Source: a plasmid
Strand: one strand, 5' to 3'
Sequence record: NZ_CP104306.1
Length of the DNA: 64,000 nt
Under the pieces are notes generated by a model. The model saw nothing but the letters and a program-made list of their open reading frames with translations, ran no database searches and was not told where the DNA came from. Below, in pieces: positions 1-8,800 of this stretch (positions within the stretch are counted from its first letter, which is position 1; every line of letters starts with the position of its first letter). The translations under genes were made by a program, and so were the position numbers.

Positions 1-249
1 AACTGGCTCCTTTTTGTTGACAGGATTTTTGCAGGAAACCATTTCAATCCTACCTATTTCTGCTAGTTCTACAGTCCATCATTATGGGGTGATTTTGTCA
101 TGTTTTAAATCACTTTATTTCTAAGTATTATGCTTGACAAGTAAATTAGTTTTTCGATCTTAGACCATTAGGGCATACCCTATTGGCCGTTTTTATTTCT
201 GCGCTATACTAGAAATTACAAATGTTCATTAGATTGTCCGAAAGGATAA

Positions 250-330
250 TTGGAAATGTCTAAAATCGGTTATGCGCGTGTGAGTTCCAAGGAGCAACAT
301 TTAGATCGACAGTTAGCGGCTTTAAGAACC
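250..330 (+). pseudogene. Serine recombinase (resolvase/invertase) N-terminal fragment, truncated by an IS insertion
   Basis: Translation MSKIGYARVSSKEQHLDRQ matches the N-terminal catalytic-serine motif of serine recombinases. About 22 nt are identical to the intact resolvase gene at 48218. The frame degenerates where the IS left inverted repeat begins (about 325), and no resolvase continuation follows the IS. Confidence 0.6.
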
Positions 331-386
331 TGTCTAGTATCTGCTGAATCTGGTAGAATTGTGGAAAACCGACTGAGGAGTTTGTC

Positions 387-707
387 ATGCCAGATTATCC
401 AAGCAATATTTCTCGAGCGCAATTTGCGTTAATACAACCTGATTTAGAAAACTTCCGCAAGCATACAAGACCGCGTCGTTATGATCTTTATGACGTATTC
501 AATGCCATTCTTTACTCGCTTACTACAGGGTGTCAATGGCGTGAATTACCGCACGATTTCCCGGAATGGCACACTGTCTACCGCTATTACGATATGTGGC
601 GAGATAAACCAGACCCGACAGCTGATTCGCTATTAGAAAGGCTTTTAAAAAAACTGTTGCTTCCTATCGCTTTGCATAGGGCCGATCGGCCCGAACGTCG
701 TTTGTGA
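387..707 (+). CDS. IS5-family transposase OrfA (N-terminal part)
   Basis: Motif [26 protein letters not shown] is typical of IS5/IS427-group transposase N-termini. Its stop TGA overlaps the GTG start of OrfB (GTGA). Confidence 0.7.
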   Translation: MPDYPSNISRAQFALIQPDLENFRKHTRPRRYDLYDVFNAILYSLTTGCQWRELPHDFPEWHTVYRYYDMWRDKPDPTADSLLERLLKKLLLPIALHRADRPERRL

Positions 708-1174
708 TTGTTGATGCTCAAAGTGTTAAAACCACTGATTTAACGAAAAATAGTGGCTACGATGGCGGCAAAAAGATTTCAGGGATTAAGCGTCATATGG
801 CGGTTGATATTAATGGTTTACCACAAGCCATTCTCGTGACACGAGCTAATGTATCAGATCGTTCAGGTGCATTGGCTATGTTTAGTTTGGCTAGCCAAAA
901 TTTAGAGCTGGTTCAGTATGTCATGGTTGATGGTGGCTACACTGGCAATGACTTTGCGGATCAGGTGAAGCTCATTTTGAATGCTAAGACGACGGTAGCT
1001 AAACGCAACGAGTTGCATATGTTCACGGTGTTACCGCAACGATGGATCGTTGAACGTTCATGGAGTTGGCTAGACAAATGTCGGCGACTTTGGAAAAACT
1101 GTGAACGCGCCCTTAACAGCAGTCTTCAAATGGTTGTATTGGCCTTCCTGAAGATAGTTCTTAAAAGATACTAG
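704..1174 (+). CDS. IS5-family transposase OrfB (DDE catalytic part)
   Basis: Contains DGGY...VERSWSWL, the DDE_Tnp_1 C-terminal region of IS5-family transposases. It lies in the -1 frame relative to OrfA with a stop/start overlap. Confidence 0.7.
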   Translation: MIVDAQSVKTTDLTKNSGYDGGKKISGIKRHMAVDINGLPQAILVTRANVSDRSGALAMFSLASQNLELVQYVMVDGGYTGNDFADQVKLILNAKTTVAKRNELHMFTVLPQRWIVERSWSWLDKCRRLWKNCERALNSSLQMVVLAFLKIVLKRY

Positions 1175-1280
1175 ACAGGTTCTAAGATGCGGATGATAAA
1201 CGATGGATCATCATTGGTTCTTTAATGTTAAGCCTGATCTTTTTGTGGTTGTGGGCTGTTCTTCCGTGAATATCCTAGTC

Positions 1281-1338
1281 ATTGATCCAGCGAATACAGT
1301 CAGCGTGATGTTCACCGCGAAAGTATACTTTACCAGAA
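1281..1338. repeat. 58-bp direct repeat, copy 1 (about 91% identical to 4223..4280), flanking the R-M cassette
   Basis: Direct alignment of attgatccagcgaatacagtcagcgtgatgttcaccgcgaaagtatactttaccagaagt against 4223..4280. On the minus strand it encodes TSGKVYFRGEHHADCIRWIND, in frame directly after the TAG stop of the restriction endonuclease ORF. Confidence 0.6.
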
Positions 1339-1343
1339 GTCAA

Positions 1344-2558
1344 CTACCACAGCACATATTCGGATTGACGATCACGGACGAGTTCTACAAAGTCGCTAAC
1401 CTTCATGATCTTTGCCTTGTATTCTGGCGGATAACTCGCAAGGTATTCTTTTGGCACAATAAGTTGCACATTTTCTGATTCCATCTCTCGTAGCTGGTTC
1501 TTCGAGATACCCTGTTGCAGCGTTAATAAGTACTTTGGGCTGTTTTTAAGTCGATCGGCTTCTGTGATGACTTGGCGCCACCGGTCCTTACATGTTGTCT
1601 TCACGGCCAGCGAGGTTAAACCTGCCACTGGAAACGAGCTAAGCTTATATTTCTCGATAGATGGAAAGATGAAGTCAGGTTTCTTGTGCTCTTCAGTGAT
1701 AGCCTGTGGTGTGTAGTGTACTTGGTTTCCGTCTAGGATCGCCGCCACATGCGATTCAAATCCTTTGCCGGCACGACTCTTACGGCGGTTTAGAATACTG
1801 TTAGCCACTGCAACAAAGTCCTCGACATTATTAAAACCTTTATTCATCACATCGCAATATCTGATTTGCTCCACGAACTTGAATAGCAAGTACTCCACGT
1901 TGGTCCAACTAACGATCTTACTGTCAGGATCCTTAGTGATGCGTTCTGTATGATCCAGCACGCGTTCTTCAATCTGCCTAGCCGTCTGCGACATCTGAGT
2001 GGTTGTTGGGAAATCACCAACGCTTTGCATCAACTCCAGTGCGGCCTGCTGTAAGGCGTCTTGCAACTGTTCTTCCAGCGATTTGTTCTTGGTGATATGA
2101 TCCGCTCCGATGATGCTGTTTGTCTGAGTTGAATCAATACCGACGCCGGCCAAAAAATCCGTGATGGTGTCATCAGTATCGAAACGATAAACGGTCAGTT
2201 TATATGGTTGGTGCGCTACGAGTACAAAAAGTGAACCAGTATATTCGGGTAATATGAATTGATCGCCACGGCCCCAGCCAGTGATCCGCATCTCAGTCTT
2301 TGAGGGGTAGTAAATCACCGTCAGCTCGCGGACATCCTCTTGGTCTCCTTGTACAACTACTTCGACCTTACGCCGAATTGGCGCACCCGTCTTTGGGCGG
2401 TCGCCTTCAAAAAAAACACCAAACATGACGTTTCCTAGCAGAATGCCACTTTGGTGTGCCTTCGTCTCGCCACTATCATTGGCGGACATAAACTTGGTGT
2501 ATGCGATCGGATGCGACTGTACGTCAACTACAGCTTGATTACAGAGTTCGGTTGCCAT
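1344..2558 (-). CDS. Putative type II restriction endonuclease (partner of the adjacent C5-MTase)
   Basis: A 404-aa ORF whose end is separated by only 3 bp (2559..2561) from the methyltransferase gene on the same strand. It carries a KPDFIF...EKYK PD-(D/E)xK-like segment. No close named family is recognised. Confidence 0.5.
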   Translation of the reverse strand: MATELCNQAVVDVQSHPIAYTKFMSANDSGETKAHQSGILLGNVMFGVFFEGDRPKTGAPIRRKVEVVVQGDQEDVRELTVIYYPSKTEMRITGWGRGDQFILPEYTGSLFVLVAHQPYKLTVYRFDTDDTITDFLAGVGIDSTQTNSIIGADHITKNKSLEEQLQDALQQAALELMQSVGDFPTTTQMSQTARQIEERVLDHTERITKDPDSKIVSWTNVEYLLFKFVEQIRYCDVMNKGFNNVEDFVAVANSILNRRKSRAGKGFESHVAAILDGNQVHYTPQAITEEHKKPDFIFPSIEKYKLSSFPVAGLTSLAVKTTCKDRWRQVITEADRLKNSPKYLLTLQQGISKNQLREMESENVQLIVPKEYLASYPPEYKAKIMKVSDFVELVRDRQSEYVLW

Positions 2559-2561
2559 CGA

Positions 2562-3779
2562 CTACGCCTCTTTCATCAATAACTCAACGTCTTGTTGCTT
2601 ACCCATATCCAGTTCGATTAACTTGCTCTGAACCAACCGAGCTGCCTCAGTCATAATTGGCACTGCCACCGAGTTCCCGAATTGCTTATAGGCCTGCGTG
2701 TTGGAGACAGGAATTTTGAAGCTATCTGGGAAACCCTGCAGCCGGGCGCATTCGCGCGGCGTTAAGCGGCGTGGGTTTTTTCCCGGTTGTGGAATAAGAA
2801 TCTCACTGCCATCCTTGTAGTAGCGGGCAGACAGCGTCCGAGTGTGACTATCTAAGTCTGCCATACCATAGCCAAATCCGTTGCCGGCTTTACGGTGCTT
2901 TTCGGCATAGGCTTGGAGATAATTCCACAGCTTATCACTTAGAGTGTACTTATCATCGACTTTGGGCTCAAGAATCTCGCGCAGCACCGGTTTGTGTACT
3001 GGCTTCTTCAAGTTGAACTCGAAGTCAACATAGCCGTAACGCCGGCGATCAAAGCCGACAATCACAATTCGTTCGCGATGTTGTGGTACGAAATCCTGTG
3101 CATCCAGAATGGCATAGTGCACATCGTAATCTAGTTCGTTGAGGCTTTCCATGATAATTTTGAATGTCCGGCCCTTGTCATGACTCTTAAGGTTTTTTAC
3201 GTTCTCAAGAAAGATCGCTTTAGGCCGTTTTGCCTTGATGACCCGGCAAACATCAAAAAACAATGTGCCCTGCGTCTTATCTTGGAAGCCAGTGGCGCGG
3301 CCCATACTGTTTTTCTTTGATACGCCCGCAATGCTAAACGGCTGGCACGGGAAGCCAGCCACAAGAATATCGTGATCTGGAATCGACTTCTCATCAACTT
3401 TTGTGATATCGTCATCCGGCTGCACACCAAAATTAGCGAGATACGTCTGCTGGCTATACTTGTTCCATTCATTCGAGTAAACAGATTGCGAGCCATTATT
3501 CTCAAATGCTAACCGTAGTCCACCGATCCCGGCGAACAGATCGATAAACGTGTAACCTGATTTGTTCTGTTTCATCGTATCGACCTTCCCGACGTACTTA
3601 CACAACGCCATGGTCATGCTCTGCTGCAGCGTCTGCCCAGAGGCAACGGCTTTATCAACGAGCTTTTCATAGACGTCATCATCGACACGAAAATGCACTT
3701 GTTTAGTCATTCTATACCTCCAGGGATTTCTTGGTACCTTATTATTCCCCATAATACGGCAATGACTAAAGAATGTCAC
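2562..3779 (-). CDS. DNA (cytosine-5)-methyltransferase
   Basis: Motif I FAGIGG, motif IV GFPCQPFS and motif VI ENV are all present. Length is 405 aa. Confidence 0.85.
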   Translation of the reverse strand: MTFFSHCRIMGNNKVPRNPWRYRMTKQVHFRVDDDVYEKLVDKAVASGQTLQQSMTMALCKYVGKVDTMKQNKSGYTFIDLFAGIGGLRLAFENNGSQSVYSNEWNKYSQQTYLANFGVQPDDDITKVDEKSIPDHDILVAGFPCQPFSIAGVSKKNSMGRATGFQDKTQGTLFFDVCRVIKAKRPKAIFLENVKNLKSHDKGRTFKIIMESLNELDYDVHYAILDAQDFVPQHRERIVIVGFDRRRYGYVDFEFNLKKPVHKPVLREILEPKVDDKYTLSDKLWNYLQAYAEKHRKAGNGFGYGMADLDSHTRTLSARYYKDGSEILIPQPGKNPRRLTPRECARLQGFPDSFKIPVSNTQAYKQFGNSVAVPIMTEAARLVQSKLIELDMGKQQDVELLMKEA

Positions 3780-3784
3780 GGTAA

Positions 3785-4093
3785 TTATTTCGCATACTGA
3801 TTGATCTTATTCGGCCGAAAGCCAGACCAATACTCAATCAAACGGCCTTCGTCATCGACGATCTTGACGAGTGGCAGTTGTTGAATGTGATATTTGGCCT
3901 TCAAACGCTCGACTTTATGCTGACTCCACTCACGTTTACGCTGATCTTCTGCGCTTACATCAATGGAATTGCTTTTATCAGCATTGCCATAATAAGTATT
4001 CTGATACGGGTAACCCAGGCGATCAAACCACTTAGTTGTCATTTTACAAGCAGGGCAGTTCGGTTTGGTGTACAAAACAGCATGTGTTTTCAT
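3785..4093 (-). CDS. Glutaredoxin-like protein (NrdH/YruB-like, CPAC redox motif)
   Basis: YTKPNCPAC near the N-terminus in a protein of about 100 aa, a thioredoxin-fold signature. Confidence 0.55.
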   Translation of the reverse strand: MKTHAVLYTKPNCPACKMTTKWFDRLGYPYQNTYYGNADKSNSIDVSAEDQRKREWSQHKVERLKAKYHIQQLPLVKIVDDEGRLIEYWSGFRPNKINQYAK

Positions 4094-4123
4094 TAATTTG
4101 ATCTTCCTTTCCTTTTACCCTTG

Positions 4124-4483
4124 TTATGAGGGGGCAGGTAATCGCTGAATCAACATAGGTTCATCTATATCTAAATAAGTTTTTCGACTTGTGTGTAAGG
4201 TGTCACCAGTGCGTACCTGTGTATTGATCCAGCGAGTACAGTCCGCGTGATGTTCACCACGAAAGTAGACTTTACCAGAATTAAAGCCAACGACGGCGAA
4301 TTTAGGCTGTACACAAGCAGCCGCCAATTTTTTAAGGTTAGAATCCGAAATGCTTTCCTCAGAGTTTAGCAAACGTCGCACAGTACGATCATTTATTTTA
4401 GATTGTCTGGCAAATTCTGGGTTGCTCAGATTGTTCTTATTGATGTAGTTCTGAACCATTTTACGAACAGAATCACGATCCAT
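4124..4483 (-). CDS. Small HTH-type DNA-binding protein
   Basis: N-terminal NLSNPEFARQSKINDRTVRRLL is HTH-like. The C-terminus contains SGKVYFRGEHHADCTRWI, which is encoded by the 58-bp repeat. Confidence 0.45.
   Translation of the reverse strand: MDRDSVRKMVQNYINKNNLSNPEFARQSKINDRTVRRLLNSEESISDSNLKKLAAACVQPKFAVVGFNSGKVYFRGEHHADCTRWINTQVRTGDTLHTSRKTYLDIDEPMLIQRLPAPS
4223..4280. repeat. 58-bp direct repeat, copy 2
   Basis: See copy 1. Confidence 0.6.
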
Positions 4484-4689
4484 TAAATCAGACTCCTTCT
4501 ATTGTAATAAACCATTGTTGCAGTTAATTGTAACCCCGTACTTGCGTATTGATGGATGATGCATGAGACATATATGCCAAAAAGACTGTAGAGCTTAGTC
4601 CCATCAAGATAATCAAAGACAAAACCCAGCGTGTTCTTAATTTTATATGGAAGTCCTTTCTAATACATAGTGGTGGCCTTGCTGAGCAA

Positions 4690-5090
4690 ATAACGCTCAG
4701 TAAGGCTTAGTTTGCGTAGGGACGGCGGGCCCTAGGCCGACCCGCACGCCCCGGCAACGCCTTGTCGTTTCCGGATAGGTAACTGTCAAGTCAAGTCTGT
4801 ACCTAAACCCGATTGGTTGCCAGTTGTCGGCTATCGTGCAGATCATGTAAGACTTGTGCATAAAGCTTGTGGCTACCGCCACGCGGGCAAGCCCGCAGGT
4901 GCCCTTTCTACTGCCAGTTTTTGCCTGGCTTTGATTCCGCATTCAACCAGCAACAAAGCTGCTAAGGAACAAGTTCCTAAGCAGCTCTAGCAGAAAAAAC
5001 AAGGGCCGGGCAAAATTTTGTTCCGCAAAGAACACTCCACAAATTTTTGCCACTTTCGCTACGCTCACCCTTGCGTTTTCTGCCGTAGCT
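4690..5090. other. GC-rich (>60% GC) non-coding block with dense hairpin potential; candidate structured RNA or leader
   Basis: A local GC spike against a roughly 45% GC background, for example gtagggacggcgggccctaggccgacccgcacgccccggcaacgcc. Only short RBS-less ORFs overlap it. It lies immediately upstream of the operon starting at 5149. Confidence 0.3.
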
Positions 5091-5148
5091 GGTGTGCCTG
5101 TTACATCAAAGGCGGCTTCAAAAACCGCCGGTAGAAAGGGTGTCAGCA

Positions 5149-5595
5149 ATGGAGAAATTACCATTTTACCTGCCAATGATTGAAGACGATGAGGAGAGTG
5201 TTTTTGCCAGTTGGCCAAATGGGCAAAGAACCCACAATAAATTGAGTGAAGGGTTATACTCGTACATTCAAGAAATTGCTTTTAAAAGTCAAACGACCAG
5301 TCAAATTGAGAGAGACCGCTACGGTAACCAACGCCTAGCCTTTTATGCCAACGGTTGCGAAACACCTTATTACGTTACCGAAGACTTCCTATTTACGCCT
5401 AATCAAGCTCACGATGCAAAGAAGCTGTTAGTGACAGCACTCATGCTAGGTGATAGCAAGCTGACAGCGGTTGTATCTGACCAGTTACTAGCTCAACTTT
5501 CTCCGAAGACACGAGCATTTGCAAAATATCAGCTCATCAACCAACCAGCGCAACAGTTTATGGATGAACACATCAGCATTCAGGTTATCAAATAG
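5149..5595 (+). CDS. Hypothetical protein (first gene of a five-gene operon)
   Basis: ATG at 5149 follows gaaaggg. It is contiguous on the same strand with the downstream genes. Confidence 0.5.
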   Translation: MEKLPFYLPMIEDDEESVFASWPNGQRTHNKLSEGLYSYIQEIAFKSQTTSQIERDRYGNQRLAFYANGCETPYYVTEDFLFTPNQAHDAKKLLVTALMLGDSKLTAVVSDQLLAQLSPKTRAFAKYQLINQPAQQFMDEHISIQVIK

Positions 5596-5604
5596 GAGGC
5601 TACC

Positions 5605-5895
5605 ATGATTGATATTAGAAATACCTACAAACCTAATGTTCTGGAAGCTTGGATAAAGGAAACGAGAGAAGCCGGTAACTATGTGAGCGCCGAACTTATC
5701 CAGTTGCACGATGACCCACAACTAGGTAATGCCCTTGTGCTTGGCTTTCGCTTTGCTAAAACACCACGAGCACTTGTTGATGAAAACATAGTATTCAGCT
5801 TCACTCACGAAACTAGCGGCCCAGTTTTTTGGCAGTTGGTCGGTGTGGCGGAAGCGTACGCTAATGATTTCAATGAAGAACTAGCATTTGCATAA
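5605..5895 (+). CDS. Hypothetical protein
   Basis: RBS aggagg lies 6 nt upstream. It is operonic with its neighbours. Confidence 0.5.
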   Translation: MIDIRNTYKPNVLEAWIKETREAGNYVSAELIQLHDDPQLGNALVLGFRFAKTPRALVDENIVFSFTHETSGPVFWQLVGVAEAYANDFNEELAFA

Positions 5896-5908
5896 AGGAG
5901 TGTAAACA

Positions 5909-6358
5909 ATGACAAAAGGAAAGCTCTATCAAGTCAGCATTGACGAAATCGAATATCAACCGCACTTTATTATGGTTTACGCCAGTGAAGACGCTAAGGA
6001 CAAAGACCTACAGCGGCTCGCAACAAACTTTATTTTGAGTCAAAATCCAGAATTGCCAGAAAGTGCATTAGTCGATAGCGTCATTGTTGAACCACGTGAC
6101 CCGAACGAGAAACCAGACGTTGTGGCCGAGGGACTGCATGTCCCAACGCCTGCGTGGGGTGTCAAAATGGGCTTACTTTACGCACAGGCGGTTCACCATG
6201 CTACTTGCGATGACGATGAGTTTGATGAGGTGGCTTACGTTCGGGGCGAAACAAAGGCGAAACGATTTGAAACCGAGGCCGCCGCAAAAGAATTTGCTAA
6301 ATGGCTCAACCCGAATTGTGAAGTTGTTCCACTGGAAGAAGGTGACGACCATGATTGA
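5909..6358 (+). CDS. Hypothetical acidic protein
   Basis: RBS aaggag upstream. The protein is Asp/Glu-rich with an EEGDDHD C-terminus. Its stop overlaps the next start (ATGATTGA). Confidence 0.5.
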   Translation: MTKGKLYQVSIDEIEYQPHFIMVYASEDAKDKDLQRLATNFILSQNPELPESALVDSVIVEPRDPNEKPDVVAEGLHVPTPAWGVKMGLLYAQAVHHATCDDDEFDEVAYVRGETKAKRFETEAAAKEFAKWLNPNCEVVPLEEGDDHD

Positions 6359-6494
6359 CCACCAACAAGCACAAGTCGCATGGAGTGAAGTCATTGAGGA
6401 ACTGGACAGCGATACCTTTAATCGCTTGCGTCACGCGTTAGAACTCGTTGATGCTTATATTCGGCAAGGAACAGAAATCGAAAGAGGTCTTTAA
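6351..6494 (+). CDS. Small hypothetical protein (47 aa), translationally coupled
   Basis: The ATG at 6351 overlaps the upstream stop. The ORF runs to 6494, and the next gene starts at 6497. Confidence 0.35.
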   Translation: MIDHQQAQVAWSEVIEELDSDTFNRLRHALELVDAYIRQGTEIERGL

Positions 6495-6496
6495 CC

Positions 6497-6886
6497 GTGA
6501 AAACTGCCTACGACGAAGTTGTGAAACAGCCATGTGACAAACTCGCCCAGACCATGCAGGACATGACTTATTGTTACAACGAGACTGTGGTACCTAAGAA
6601 GCACTACAAGAAACTTCTGACGAAGCAACTTGAAGAGGTCGTGGCTGACAGCGTGGCTGTGAATATGGTCAATGCCTACTACAAAACACTTGCTGAATTC
6701 AACAAAGGTAATCGAGAGTGGTTCGTACTTGCTATCTTGTGCATTGAATTAGGAGTTAAGCCTGACAAAGCCAGTGCGCAAGAATTAAGCGCCCTGCAGA
6801 TGATTTCTAGCAACATTACTGGTAACCAAGCACCGCTACTCAATCCAAACATCAAGAATGCCTTTGAAGGTGCTATCAAGGCTTAA
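6497..6886 (+). CDS. Hypothetical protein (last gene of the operon)
   Basis: A 129-aa ORF separated by 2 nt (6495..6496) from the previous gene. Confidence 0.5.
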   Translation: MKTAYDEVVKQPCDKLAQTMQDMTYCYNETVVPKKHYKKLLTKQLEEVVADSVAVNMVNAYYKTLAEFNKGNREWFVLAILCIELGVKPDKASAQELSALQMISSNITGNQAPLLNPNIKNAFEGAIKA

Positions 6887-7013
6887 AGAGTGCAAGCGCA
6901 ATCTAGTCAGATTGTGCTTTTTCTGTTATAATGAGAATACAAACAGGGAGCACCCCCATAAGAGTGCTCCCCTAGCAGAGCCGTTTAAGACGGCGGTAAC
7001 TATTAGGTTAAAT

Positions 7014-7050
7014 AACCGTCAGCTAGCCAAAGCGAAGACGGTTATTTTTC
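7014..7050 (+). terminator. Rho-independent terminator of the 5149..6886 operon
   Basis: aaccgtc...gacggtt stem followed by TTATTTTTC. An upstream hairpin at 6946..6972 (gggagcac/gtgctccc) precedes it. Confidence 0.55.
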
Positions 7051-7149
7051 TACCATTAGTCAAGTAAAACGTTGATTGCATAGGATTTCATATACAGGCT
7101 AAGCTTGTATATGAGGTCTTTTTTCAGTTGATTTGTGGAAAGCAATGCT

Positions 7150-8800
7150 TTGAAGGTAAACTAAATAAACCTCTTGAAACGTTAATTTTCCAAGATGCTA
7201 TACTGTCTTCATAGGCTGTATGAGTTACTGTCTTGGTTGAGACACAGTTGGCTCATAAACTTCATTGTGCAAAACTAGGTGGAAGATCATTCTATTTAGA
7301 CGACTCATAACCGCGACCGCAATCTTCTTGGTTCCCTTAGACTGAGAGGATTGCTTTTTCATTTGGTAGAAGTCGTTAAAGCGTGTCGGTCGATATGAGG
7401 ACGCACTGATAATATTAATGACTGTACGGTACAAGACCTTTCTTGCCAAAGGGTTCCCACGTTTTCGGATACGCTGTTCGGCCGTATAGTCCCCAGATTG
7501 GTAAGTGGTTAAATCAATACCAATATACGCGTTAATGGCATTGGCACTATGAAATCGCCGAATATCGCCTAATTCCGCGATAATACACAACGCTGATTTA
7601 AGCGCAATCCCAGGAATTGTCGTTAAAATTGCAACCTCAGGCAAGTTTGTACCAATTTTAGCCATCTCCTCAATTAAAGATTTTTTTGAGCGGTCGAGAC
7701 GTTCAACTTCATATGCTAACTCGGTAACTCGCTTAAGCGCGTATGAATCAATATCTACTGCTGGCCCTGAACTTTTGGCCAACTCCAGGAGATGTTCAGC
7801 TAAATGCTGAGCCCGTTTAGGGCCCATATTCTTTGAAGTAGCTTTCAATATAATTGACGTTAATTCGGTGGAACTATGTTGTAACACCAGATATGGGTGT
7901 GGAAATATCTGGACAATGTGCCAGTATAAGGCCCCCTCAGTCCTACTTAGAAAATGTTCTATTTCCGGGAAAGTAAGCTGTAATTCATGATGAAGGCGAT
8001 TCTTATTACGCACGACGTCGTCGTTGTGCTCTTGATAGATTCGATGTAGATCACGTAATTCTGTGTATTCAGGCTTTTCTTGAAACGATGGTGCAAAATT
8101 GTTTCTGGACATCGCTTCTGCCAGACCAACAGCGTCAACCGAATCTGTTTTGACAATTCTAAAACTGTCCATTACTTTCTTAGCTTTTAGGGGATTTATC
8201 TCAGTATACAGCCAACCGTTACGATGAAAAAATGCGCGCCACGGTCGTGAGTAGATTCCTGTTGATTCAAATATAATCTTTGGTTCCCTAAAGCTGTTTA
8301 ACTCATCTTCGAGTCGCTCAAACCCTTCACGATTGCTTGATAGCTTAAATTCTTTGATAACTTGTCTATCAATCAAAACGGCCACATTAGCTGTGTGTTT
8401 ACTGATATCAATACCAAATATGCATTCCATTTGATACACCACCTTTTGAAGTTGTTTCACCGACTCACTCATCTCAATTTTCAATACACGGCGTCAAGCG
8501 CCAACACTCTTCGATCGAGTTCATTGATGAATCTGCGAAGTTGCCAGTTTTTTTTGCGACGTCTTTGCGCCAAAATAACCTCCGACATGTCAACTCCGTT
8601 ACCACTGTACCAAAAAAGCTTAGTGGTGAATCACAACCCCGTCGGATCATGGTTCATCACTAAGCTTAGAATGTTTTTTTGCTGATTTTTAATCAGCTCA
8701 ACAACTAATGCTATCAGGGCTACGACAAACGTGCCGAACCCTAGCATAAGCTGTAAAGCGTCCGAAATGGACACAAGGCTTCTCCTTTCGTTGGTATCGT
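7150..8800 (-). mobile_element. IS110-family insertion sequence (boundaries approximate; the family lacks terminal inverted repeats)
   Basis: Inferred from the transposase gene plus its long non-coding 5' end. The exact ends cannot be defined from the sequence alone. Confidence 0.3.
7225..8484 (-). CDS. IS110-family transposase (DEDD RuvC-like N-domain plus Transposase_20 C-domain)
   Basis: FGIDISKHT at the N-terminus and IPGIALKSALCIIAELGDIRRF...AYIGIDLTTYQSG in the C-domain. The true start is probably M at MECIFGIDISK. Confidence 0.8.
   Translation of the reverse strand: MKIEMSESVKQLQKVVYQMECIFGIDISKHTANVAVLIDRQVIKEFKLSSNREGFERLEDELNSFREPKIIFESTGIYSRPWRAFFHRNGWLYTEINPLKAKKVMDSFRIVKTDSVDAVGLAEAMSRNNFAPSFQEKPEYTELRDLHRIYQEHNDDVVRNKNRLHHELQLTFPEIEHFLSRTEGALYWHIVQIFPHPYLVLQHSSTELTSIILKATSKNMGPKRAQHLAEHLLELAKSSGPAVDIDSYALKRVTELAYEVERLDRSKKSLIEEMAKIGTNLPEVAILTTIPGIALKSALCIIAELGDIRRFHSANAINAYIGIDLTTYQSGDYTAEQRIRKRGNPLARKVLYRTVINIISASSYRPTRFNDFYQMKKQSSQSKGTKKIAVAVMSRLNRMIFHLVLHNEVYEPTVSQPRQ

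Larger units (their letters stand above)
325..1183 (+). mobile_element. IS5-family insertion sequence (IS427-like group), about 859 bp, perfect 18-bp terminal inverted repeats
   Basis: agaacctgtctagtatct at 325..342 is the exact reverse complement of 1166..1183. The internal ORFs encode an IS5-family transposase (TGCQWRELP ... DDE region). Confidence 0.75.

Noticed and set aside
640-705. The A7 run (ttttaaaaaaac) in the IS5 OrfA, considered as a programmed -1 frameshift site joining OrfA and OrfB
   Set aside because: The -1 frame carries a TAG at 677..679 between the A-run and OrfB. Only the 680..704 window could join the frames, and it has no slippery heptamer. The GTGA stop/start overlap suggests coupling or an inactivating mutation instead.
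4690-5218. ORFs 4697..4942 and 4943..5218 (minus strand) as protein-coding genes
   Set aside because: They lie in a GC-rich structured block. They have no RBS, an odd composition (Arg/Ala/Gly/Pro-rich) and are antisense to the operon start. They were treated as non-coding.
8362-8685. 107-aa plus-strand ORF overlapping the IS110 transposase start
   Set aside because: It is antisense to a well-supported gene and runs through the hairpin/terminator at 8616..8680. It is probably spurious.
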